Part shown: positions 22,832 through 33,000 of the stretch, one piece after another
Layout: each line of letters starts with the position of its first letter
Position numbering within the stretch: the stretch's first letter is position 1
NCBI GenBank assembly: GCA_976226885.1
Contig: OZ320321.1
Span: 46,531,001 to 46,564,000, forward strand
Reading direction: 5' to 3'
Length of the DNA stretch: 33,000 nucleotides
Origin: Iphione sp. A-MEVVRFRX5
Taxonomy: Eukaryota
Notes under the pieces: generated by a model
The model's input: only the letters and a program-made list of their open reading frames with translations
What the model was told of the DNA's origin: nothing
Database searches by the model: none
Translations under genes and position numbers: made by a program

Positions 22832-24300
22832 TCATGTTATTAAGCCCTCTCCTACTTCTGAATTAGACACACCTTTGTTGATACGTTCGTCTATAATAAT
22901 TATCAAGTTACCAAGTTGGCGGGTCGCCAGTTTTGTTGTGTCAGCGACTTGTTGCACCTCAGGGGATATACCCCCACTCATAAGAAACAGACTGTTCATA
23001 GACCATAAAGTAGCAAAGAACATGCTCCACAAAAAGTTCCTTTTGCTTTGAAGGTCCGATTATCTACGAAAGAGTAAAGCGATTGGTTCTGATCCTACTG
23101 TAGTCACTACAGTTAATCTGCCAGAAGCACATTCTACTTTTTTTTAAAATTCTTCCAGAGCAAAGCTTCTCTTGGTCGCCTTCGTTTCATGTTGAACTAA
23201 TTTCTCTACTGAATCAACACAAAGAACGTCCTGTACGGGAGGGATTGATCGGGTTTAGTTGAGAAACGCCCCAAGGGTCGTCCTTAAGAGAATCCAGGTG
23301 ACCTGGTTCCTGTCTCTCATGTTGTTAAGGGCGCTTTCTCCAATGCCTAACCTCTTTAGGGGGTCGAGGGGGCGACCCTGGCGCACACCGAAAGGGCTCT
23401 TTACGCCGACCTTTATACACTGACCGACCTTGAACCCGAGGAGAAACTTACTGATATCTTTTGGAAATTCTTGCAAGTAGTACAGGGACAATCATCTTCA
23501 AATACATGTAGAAGGTTGTGAAGACACACAGGTATACAACTGAAATATCCTTCCTGCTGATGTGCTGGGATAGAATTAAAGCCTCTTCTTTGCTTGAACT
23601 GAATGTTCTCTAGTTTACTCGAATTTGCCACTGCTTGAACGAAAAGACAAAGACAGAATTTGATCATAGGTCTTTTCTTCCAAGAGCCTGCGTACGTAAG
23701 TTCTGTTTCTGAACGAGTTAAAACAAACTGACATCCTACGAGATGCCTCCGCGACAAGTGAGCCTCTTGTAAAGTCGATTCATGACAAGGGGTCCAGTTT
23801 TTGATGGTTGATCTTTCAAGGGTGATTTTCTTGAAGGTCGACTTGCCGTAAGATGAATGCTGAGTTAGCGTGTTTGTAGTGTACGCAAAATTACAGGGCA
23901 TCAACAATGGTATCCATGTAACCGTGCAGTGGTTTAATTAATATGATCAAATGTGTACCAATAGACTTGTAACTACCCAACGGGCCCTTCCAAAATTTCA
24001 GTTATCATTTGCATATACCAGATAAATATACAACCATGGCAAATCCAATGAAAGACCCTCATATGACGGCACGAAGTCTCTCATGGTGTGTTACACCAGG
24101 TTTAGTAAGGGTTTCTCCACAGGTGTACCAACAGCCAGTAGGTAATACTTTTTAGTATTACTAAAATAGCTCTTCCTCAAAAACATCCTCTCAGTCAACT
24201 GAGCAGCACGTATTGCTTCGCGGGTCATGCAAAGGTCAAAGCCACAGAAGATGAGTACAAAGATAGCCCTTCAGTTGAAATAATAGAGAGTTTCACTCAC
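22832..24300 (-). pseudogene. Unidentified decayed (or spliced) coding-like block A
   Basis: Hand count: 5 internal stops in 296 codons (24300-23413, includes the 164-aa track ORF) and 3 in 220 codons (23491-22832); minus-strand AATAAA at 22777-22782. No family recognised. Confidence 0.4.
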
Positions 24301-24629
24301 GGCTAAAGCATAGCCTATCTTACAATTTGCCTCTCGTACCACACTATTTTATGGTCAGCAATTTGTGGATATTATTGGAATAGTTTCTCTTAAACACTCA
24401 TCGGGTCGCTTTAGAAATCAAATCACTGTAAATATTACAAACATATGTATACAGAGCATTCACTCCAGCGGTAACACATGGATGTGAAGGCAATTTAAAC
24501 CACCCCTACAACCTGTTTCTCTCTATGTTCCTACCATCCCCCCGAGTCCATTATAATGCATATTTGTACTGTTGTCTGACCATTCTATTTGATGATATGT
24601 TGATGCAACTCCCCTGCAGAAATGTGTCA

Positions 24630-24768
24630 AGGATTTGGTGGGGATTCGAACCCAGGTGTGCCCCATGACCTGTTCTATCTATACAGCTAGCGCTCTTATC
24701 CACTGCGCCACAGAGGCCAGACAAGTGTTAGACCATAATTGTTCTATCCATTGCGCCACTGAGCAATC
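24630..24768 (-). mobile_element. tRNA-derived SINE head / tRNA pseudogene with Pol III A and B boxes
   Basis: Minus strand: GGCCTCTGTGGCGCAGTGGATAAGAGCGC (A box TGGCGCAGTGG) ... GGGTTCGAATCC (B box, 24642-24653). No acceptor-stem pairing. A second partial A-box copy lies at about 24746-24762. Confidence 0.7.
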
Positions 24769-25940
24769 AACCAACGCATGAGCCAATGCTGATATATTGT
24801 GCCACCTTGAGTGTGTCCCTCATGTGGGGGAGACCCCCCACACCCCCCCTACAAAAATGAATCAATCACATCTTCTCTTTCCCTCTCTCTTCATGCGTTG
24901 TTTTCTCTGTACACCAACCCCGTGGGACACCCTCGATTGCTTCTTGACTGGGAGGGGAGGGGTGGTCAATCAACTCGGTGACTGAAATCTTCTAAACTGA
25001 AACAAGAGGGTTGTGATTTTCGGATATGTATGATAGCCACCTCGTCTATCGACTCGGTGAAGCTAAAGCCTGTTGACTGTATCGGCACATCACTCAGTTG
25101 TGATTGGGGTTGGTTTAAATTAGTTAAAATCCTCGGACCAGCTCACACTCTATCATGTACTTGGGGCCTGGGGGCCCCTCATACATTATATCGTGCAATC
25201 ACTGGTCCTCGTACTTTAACTAATACATAACCAACTGTACGGTTTATGGGTAACTTTACTCTGTGCTTATGGTAAACAAATCAATACAAATGACTTATGA
25301 CACAACACAAAAAGGCTCAATGTTATAATGTATACTTAAACTCAAGATATGGGTAATGAAGTTAAATGTAACATTCAATATCTAGGGTATACAAGTCTGG
25401 ATAGGTGATATACAATTTCAAATATAGAAATATTAAACAAGTGTAAGTAAACATAAAACCCATGCGGCTCCGAACAAACACTAATACTTATATCAGCATT
25501 TTTATGTATTTTCATGCCCTGTGCCTCTCTAGAAATTGTCTTCGTATATAAAGTATTGACAGAACAACCCTTTTCCATGCCTTTATGAAGGGACATCCGG
25601 TTGTCTACATCAGAGAGATAAACATATTGGAATTTATTTTCATAAAGGTATCTAAGGTATGCCTAATTATATTGTCACTTTGGTCTCAATTATGTTCACT
25701 GGAAGAACTCTTGTAAATGTACTTGAGAAGGGAATAAACGGTTATTCAATTCAGTTCTATGGATAGTAGAAAAGGTGGTTCTGGCAAGTTTAACGACTTT
25801 GGCCGGAGAATGTACCTTTTGTGTCCGTTTAGTGACTGTGTCAGGGCCCCACATGTCATAAGGGGAAGACGGTCACAAAATACCGTTGGCTTTCCGGGAA
25901 AGTGTCAGGGCTAAGGCCCGATGCTTATGTGTCCAACGTC

Positions 25941-26606
25941 TCATGATAGAGACCCAAACCAAGGCGAGGGTGAATGGGGGTTTGGAGGATTCGGACGAAC
26001 CATCCACGTTCCTACATACAGTTTAGACGCTACATCCGGATACCAAAAAAAGTGCCCTAGAAATATTAACAAGAGAGATTGAAGAGAGGAGAGAAGTGAT
26101 GATAATGAAGATGGTAAGGCGCTCGTCTCACTGGCCAAAGGCCAGGAGTCACGAGCCATGACACCTCGCCTTTTCAGCAGTGCTCTAATAAGCTCTTGGA
26201 AGAAATAACTACATAAATGGCTTTGCATTTTGGCTTTGCATTTTGGGTGATGTGGGTCACCCACATGGCTGGATGCTGGTGTTGCAGGGTCCCTGCTAGA
26301 TGACAACTTGTACGTCACGTTAGCCTGTTTTCTTGCTGGCAAGTTTGATGTAACTTTGGATAAACCTTCGGAGATCTCTGACTTTCGGATTGGCAGAAGG
26401 GCTAGCTACACCCTGGGTGGCACTGGAGGTTGCGGAGATCTAGGTTGAATCAGAGCCTTCCCATGGACCGACGCATGGACCTGGTGTTTTTGGTGGTGGA
26501 GCCTATATTGATGAACGCTAACTGACCCACAGGGCGGTAAATGTCTGCTCAGGGCCCGAACGCCCCATTTGGCAGTGGAGGGATGTACTCCTCGAGTGAT
26601 CGGTTG
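25941..26606 (-). pseudogene. Unidentified stop-poor frame, block B (coding strand uncertain)
   Basis: Hand translation: 222 codons with one internal TAG (26408-26406). The S/P/L-rich product looks like a shadow frame, and the plus-strand frames are also stop-poor. Confidence 0.25.
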
Positions 26607-28554
26607 TCAATATGCAGTGTTATTAGTGTTGATGTTTCAGATGAGTCTGCCCTCTGTTGAAAATAGAACCCCACTGGTACCTATCTATGTTTAAAAGTTT
26701 GGATGCTGGAGGCCCTATGAATGCCTGTTTTGTCATGGAAGTGTTGTCTCATTAGGTTGTGGGCATGCAGCTACTTCATGCTGTCTTGTTGTCTGGGCAG
26801 TGTGGCTCAGGTGTGGCAGCTCTCGTCCATATGGTCTGTCCCTCCAAGACGTTTTGGGATCCGCGATGCTGTAAGTAGAAGGTTAAAGAGTAGTTTTGTG
26901 GTGCGTATTGCTCAACACGGTGAAAGTTAAATACGATATGTCAGTCATAGTCAGCATCATATCCAATATGTATCGCGCTGCACCAGATAGGACCTGCGAG
27001 GACATACGATGGAAGGGAAGGGAAGCAAAGGAAAAAGGATTGCTTTGGAGTGGAATTCACCTGCCAAAGGGGGAAGGGGAGACACCTAGGTCGGCATGGA
27101 GGAAGTCTGTTGGATGTAGAACGGAGGTTGTATGTGAGTATTTGTTTTATGGTGCAGCTGACCATACCAGGGCAGACCACTGCCCACTTGGATTAGTCTT
27201 GTGTAATCAGTACTATTTAACCGGTGTGAGGTGGATTAAATTTGGTTGGCTCGGAACCTGGCTGGTTTCAGATAAGACTCCTGGCCTACGTCGTAAGGAC
27301 CATATTACCAGCGTGTTTTTGCCTAAAGTGTAAAAGGATAGGCCTTCAACCGCGTCTTCATTCAGGAAATGGAAGTTGAGAAGCAGGAGGTATGATGTCA
27401 CATTACAGGTGCAAAAGAGATGGATCTCCATGTTAGGAACAGGGCGATTTAGGAGTTCTTCCCCACCGTTGGTAAGCATGTTGGGGATGAAATAGTTCAT
27501 TTCACATTGTTGGGAGGCCACCCTTTCATCTGTATCCGAGTCTAAATTTGTTGATAACGCAATGGCTGTCTTGCAGGAAGGAGGCAGGGAAGTTAGTGCA
27601 GTCCTTGATGAGGGTGCTCTGTGCTAGGACCACGGTCTGCGTGATGCAGAGCCTACTACTTTCATGCGTCAAGAGTCTGTTGGCTATTCTACTGATGTTT
27701 TGCAACACTTGTGAGTGTGACAGGGCTGAACGGATTCCAGCTTCTGTTCCAGCTCCTTGCAATATCTGGCATTGTACTACGCCTACCCATTACCTAACCT
27801 GTCTATTCCAGTGCCAATTTGCACTGCTGTACTAGTCCACTACTGATAGCCTGTACTGAACCGTCACCTTCAACTGTACAGGTCAGGCACAGGTCCATTA
27901 CAGCCATGTTTACGTGGGCGAGAAGAATGACCCATTCCACAAATTTATCGTAGGAAGTTACAATTACCAAAGAGTACCTTCCCACCTGAAGTCAGTCCTC
28001 CTGAAACCCTCATGGTTTGCACTCAATACGAAGGGACGATGGTTTTATCCTAATGCCAGTGGAATAAGAGATGCATAATATCAGTAACTATCCTGTTTCC
28101 AGTATTTGTAGTAAAATTGTCACTTCGGGTGGAAGCAGGCGTGTATCTATTTTGCTGGTTTAAAACATAGTAATGATATGGCAGCGCAAGTATGAACCAG
28201 ATGGTATCGTAAAAGATTTTGGGTCGCTTTCACATTGACCTCAAGGCACGTAGTAGGCCCGAATATTTTTTCGGTGAAAATGTAAACTGTGAACGCTTCG
28301 TAACCAAAGGATTACTGTCATACCATCCAAAAGGCTATCACGAGTTACCCTTGAAGTCCTAACAGTGACATGACATTTTATTCTGTTTTGTAAATTTATT
28401 CAGACACGCCTGAGATGAAAAAGGTGGAAACACTTGGTTTTTGAGGTCCCGTACGGAGGCGTGTTTTCCTTGGGATTTCCGGTCCTCAGCATACATGTGG
28501 ATGTTGTTGAGAATGTTGATGCTAATACGAGTCCCCATAAAGATGCGGTTCAGG

Positions 28555-29044
28555 TTATTTTGTGCACCTATGGCTAGGTGTGACTCTGTTCTGTGGATAT
28601 TGACGTAATGGAGAATTTTTCCACTGGCCAAGCACGACACGTAGTTTCCCCATAACGGCCTGCAGGACGGTTGTCACACAGATGTTTGCCTCTCCACCCT
28701 CCACTCTTCTTTTCACCGACGTTTCGCCACCCATGTCTTCGTTGCTAACAGAGGAATATGAACAATAATAAGTCAACCCCCATTGCCTTAAATAACCTTA
28801 GACCTTAAACCATCGTATCACCCACCTATAACGATCTTTCAACCCATATATACAAGGAGGAAGGTCGAAAGGTGCAAGGTGGAACAACGGTTCTGAGTGA
28901 CACAAGTTGGACAGTACAGTGGCCAAAGTCCGGGTAGTAAATGTTGTCACCCCTATGGGTTGGGAAAAGTATGTTTGCCCTTTATGTATGTCAGCAATCA
29001 ATGCATCAGGTGAAAAATCAGTGGAGGTGGGGGGCCTTTCCCCC
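28555..29044 (-). CDS. Candidate last two exons of an unidentified gene (29044-28826 and 28744-28555)
   Basis: Phase-2 acceptors tatatttctag and ttcatattcctctgttag. An 81-nt GT-AG intron (28825-28745) removes the only in-frame stop. Two minus-strand AATAAA at 28395-28400 and 28377-28382. No homology recognised. Confidence 0.3.
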
Positions 29045-31253
29045 CTAGAAATATAACTTTGTTTCCGATAATGTGTTAAAAAAGGAAAGGGTGGTAAAAG
29101 GCGTTTTTCTTTCTTTTTTTCAATGTTTACTGATATCGAAAGCAACAAATGTATATGGCAATATCACCTTTACTGCTTAGATTTTGATATCAGGCGAAAG
29201 CTAATGATTAATTTAAAAAATATGACGTATTTCTTGATTCTACAGCAGGGGTAATGGGGGTAAGTAAATATGTGGCTCATTTTTGCAAGTGTGTTGGAAT
29301 CAAGTGGGCAAGTAAATCCTGCGGCATTGTTCTGGTTGACTTCAGCAAATATTTGTAGAATAAATAATGAAGGCTTCGCACAGGTAGATCTGGTTCACTC
29401 TAAGCATACAGCATACCATTGTCTATGTAATGAGCCAACTTCTCCCTTTACATCTGATGCCCTAAAGGCTTTCACAAAATTACTATTTTTATATTTCAAA
29501 AACTTTCAGAAAATTGCACAAGATAGGATCCCGGAACCCTTGCCGGATCGCTGGCTCGCTGTAAGCAGGTCTTACTACAGATAAGTTGCCAACCTATCGA
29601 AATGTCCAATAAATACATTTACTAGCTAGAGCTCGGATGATCCGTGTGCCTTCCATCAACAGGATACAGCAAAGGCATATTTGACGCATGCTGCATGACG
29701 AATGGCATCACATACTAATGGGCCGATTGCTGTTATGTTGGCCTCGTAATTGATAAATCGTAATTTTTCCGTTCACATATCCATACGGGTTTCTTCCGCT
29801 GTGTAAAGTAACATGTAAAGTCTTTAGGGTATTACCTTACAATGGTATAATGGTTGATGTTGCTGTCTGCCGTCGAAAATGTGCGATTGTATCACTCATA
29901 GATCTAGTTGAAAATGTTCTGCTCAAGTGTATATACCAAGCCCATCTATATGTTTTCCTTCAATAACATGTTGGGTAACGTCCAGTTCCTTATATTCTGG
30001 TTGTGATATGCTACTGACGGATTTAATGATGTCACATAAGTTTTATATACTTGGTGCCATGGTCGCAATGGTCACCTATTTATAACCCACGTTGTTGTTC
30101 GCCTATCTGCTCTTTTTGTTCCATGGGTAAGTCATACTACGAGACCCATATGCCAAAGAAATTGTCTGCAAAGCATTCTTCTTGTTTATTCACATTTCAG
30201 ACATAAAGTCTGTTCTCTAAGTGTTGAGATACACGTACCGCTTGTGACCACACCCAATTTAATCCTAATGTGGAAAGTCATCAGGTAATCTGGTTGGCTT
30301 GCTCGTTTACGTCAAGGTAATACCGCCATAGCGCCCATTCTGTTTGATGGAATATATGTTGTACCCTGGACCAACATTCTACAGCATCTGTTAAAGTAAA
30401 TTGGATGGATGGTGACACGCTTGCAAATGGTGAAAGTTGCTACTGGGAATGTGGTGGTGTGCAATCGCTTGAAATTGTCTAATCCTGCAGTCAATTGGCA
30501 TTTAACTTTTCAGAGTGTGTATGCCTGATGCCAGCTGATGGCCTGCAGTGTTTGTATGGCTACATCATAGTTTAAACCACCATGTAAGTGATCACCAAGA
30601 ACTGTTACAATATTCTGTCGCCAGACCTCGTTCTCTCCTAAAAAGATGTCTAAATCAATGCCTCTACTTTCTTCCCAAATTTTAAGTAGCAGCATTGGGG
30701 TACACTAAGTACCTCCCTGGTGCACTATTCAGAGACTGGTTCAAAGCTGCAATATGGAAGTGCTCAGAGTTGTAACAGGTCATTGGCTACCACCGCTGAC
30801 AAGTCTTCAGCATATCAAACAGCATCTGGTAGTGCCCCTGGTATTTAGTGGCCCATTATACTCTAAGCAATGGGCTAAAACTTAGGTCCTTGTGGCACAA
30901 CCCATTGAAGTCCCTTAGATGCTCGTCACCCCGTAGGGAATCAACAGAAAGTAACATGATCGCATCTTGTGATTGTGATATTTGTTAACAGACACGGCGT
31001 AAAAAACATAATTTGTTAAGGGTGAAATTTGCTGCCATTAATACTCAATCAATAGTATTTATGTTTACTAGCATCAACTGAATAAAATCTCGGATATCAT
31101 TGTAGCCATACATGCAAAAGCACCCTCTGTTAAACATTTGTCCACAATTCGACAACATACGTCATTTACGAACACATATACATGTATAAAGATATGGATA
31201 TTACCCTAACACAGATTGCCCCCTAATGATATCACCAGTGTTGGCCTTTTTCA

Positions 31254-31309
31254 AAACAAGTACGGGAAGTTCGATATTAAGTAAAGGAAACAAGTACGTG
31301 AAGTTCGAT
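31254..31309. repeat. 22-bp near-identical direct repeat
   Basis: aaacaagtacgggaagttcgat (31254-31275) and aaacaagtacgtgaagttcgat (31288-31309). Confidence 0.8.
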
Positions 31310-33000
31310 CTTAATTCGTAAGTGACGCCTGCCTTTTTAATTTCTCTTAATTTTTCTTCTTTCTGGGGGTTTTGTGGGGTGGGGGTGGGGTTATGAAGGG
31401 AAAGTCCCGGCAGCAGTATTTCCAATTATACACGTATTTTGCATTGTGTAGATGGTTGACGTCTCACCGCCGTAGAGAACAGTGAGCTGGGTCCTTGATA
31501 AGATCACAGGCGACGAGATCAAACTTAGAAACCTCCCCACTCACACCCAGTGGCCTTATTTTTCAGACACTTACCATTGTGAACTAAAGAGGGTAGACAT
31601 AGGGCATACGTATGTTTAGTATCGATATCGATGTAACAGCAGGCTCATAGAAATCCTATTTTCAAACCGACAAGTAATTTTTCCTACCAGACACAACCAT
31701 TCTGTACAAAAAAAAAGCGGAACAAATTCGAACTGCTTCAAGAATACATAAAGAGAATATGTTTGGCTCAGGTTCTCCACTACCAGAAATAACGATTCGA
31801 AAAGGCTTGTTTCAGAAAGTCAAATATAAGTGATTTTTCACCAGTTTAAAGGCTTTAGAAACAATGTAAAATTCTCCAGATGAATAAAAGACTGCTCAAT
31901 CATTAATTATAAAAATACAAGTGAATTAAATTTTCACAATTATGTACGTAGCTTCCAGAAAAACCGAGTCAACTTAGATAAAATGAAAAACAAATGAAAA
32001 TATGTTGATTTTGTGCAATCATCATCATTCAGATTGCCCGATCTAATACCTCTCTTTGAATGCAGAAAATTACTGGGCGCAAGTCTACTTTTCACATTCC
32101 ATGCCAATGAGCCTGTACATCTTGCGCACTTCAAACATGCTTTAACGTCGGATGTAGGACTCTGGAGAGCGCTCTGTGAGAAGAAGCACCGAGAAGGTTT
32201 TTTTTTGGTCAATGCAACGAAAATGTTTTATGAATAGCAGTCTGTCCGAACAAGGATCAATACCTCCTTGGTCAACTCTAGTCTTTAGCTGTGCATATGA
32301 GGGTTAAAAAGTGCAGCAATCTACGTGTGTATATTTTATACAGATTCTGTTAACTGGTTCAAGCTATGAATGCTATATGGTTCTTGGCATGCCAGCAGAA
32401 ATCTAAGGCCCTTATTCTGCAACGTTTAGCAGCTTATCCAATAGTTGCTGTTGGATTATGCAGTGTATGGTCTTATTTGAACACTGACAGAACCACTGCC
32501 TTACCGTGTGCTTTGCGGTTTTAAGCAAATTGCATTGTGCTCTAAACAATTTTGTGCAATCAAAAAGGTAAGGATGGCTAGGCATTTTAATAACTGGATC
32601 TCTTTTCGAGGCTCACTTCTTATATAGTTGAACACAATAAAACTGTCACGTCTCACAAAGAATTGGTTTAGGGAAGCCCCTTTATTTCTATTTGCAACTC
32701 CAATATAATAGACATATACATGTATGCTTATTTGTTTCACCACCTGAATGCACTGGGGGAATGTAATGAACTTTACCTTCCCTTGCGTTTCCAAATCGTC
32801 CCTCCATAAGCGACGACCAATAATTTATATATCTAATGGCTCTAAAACAGATTTATTCATCCTAGCAGGCAGGGCCTTTAGAAAAGAGAAATGTAGCCCG
32901 ACATGTTGCATTTCGTAGTCATTCCCATAAACCACGTCCCACTTCCACTCGTCAAGAAGACTGAAGGCCATAACTTACTGCTATTGATTAACTTGGAGTT

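Noticed and set aside
23350-23400. GVRQGRPLDPL, resembling the LINE RT motif GVRQGxPLSP
   Set aside because: No other RT motifs (DxxKAFD, YADD) occur in any nearby frame.
23838-23865. HSSYGKST as a Walker A or PolB NSxYGK motif
   Set aside because: It lacks the first Gly of GxxxxGK[ST] and the K-x3-N of PolB; no supporting motifs at proper spacing.
24630-24718. Functional tRNA gene
   Set aside because: No acceptor-stem pairing and a poor T-stem; reported as SINE head/pseudogene instead.
28712-28750. Minus-strand ACGAAGAC...GGCGAAACGTCGG, like a Penelope-associated minimal hammerhead
   Set aside because: The CTGAnGA core is absent, stem II is unpaired, and no Penelope RT or GIY-YIG sequence is visible.
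29350-31150. A single continuous multi-kb decayed ORF (e.g. RNA-virus L protein)
   Set aside because: Best-looking frames switch repeatedly, about 10 stops in about 230 codons is near random, and no RdRp motifs were seen.
31940-32794. ORFs 32013..32237 (+), 31940..32212 (-) and 32501..32794 (-) as exons of a further gene
   Set aside because: No recognisable domain or consistent splice pair; lengths are expected by chance.
1-33000. CRISPR array, rRNA or prokaryotic operon
   Set aside because: No regularly spaced repeat-spacer array or rRNA motifs; the DNA is spliceosomal-intron eukaryotic sequence, so GTG/TTG-started track ORFs carry no weight.

Overview
This is eukaryotic, intron-rich genomic DNA. 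AT-rich introns and an enriched TACATGTA octamer suggest a marine invertebrate such as a lancelet, but the species is only my inference. The ORF track is mostly irrelevant because the real gene is spliced. (1) 1403-14402 (+): the 3' end of an LDL-receptor-family (LRP-like) gene, rebuilt as 10 GT-AG exons that join in frame. They encode the end of a YWTD-type beta-propeller, an EGF repeat, a complete divergent six-bladed propeller, a short Pro/Gly stalk, one transmembrane helix and a 254-aa tail. The tail has no NPxY or PPPSP motif but carries YIGM and YENV. The 5' part of the gene lies upstream of the window. (2) The introns carry a TA-flanked Tc1/mariner-type MITE, a perfect 28-bp hairpin and a tandem triplication of an exon/donor junction. 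(3) About 19101-21950 (-): a near full-length, dead, strongly CpG-depleted RTE-clade LINE (APE endonuclease, RT, C-terminal Cys/His motif). (4) About 22800-31150: a CpG-retaining region with several long stop-poor reading frames, splice-like signals and polyA signals that I cannot assign to any family, interrupted by a tRNA-derived SINE head. It is the best candidate for something undescribed, but it is unidentified. No CRISPR array, rRNA or intact tRNA was seen.
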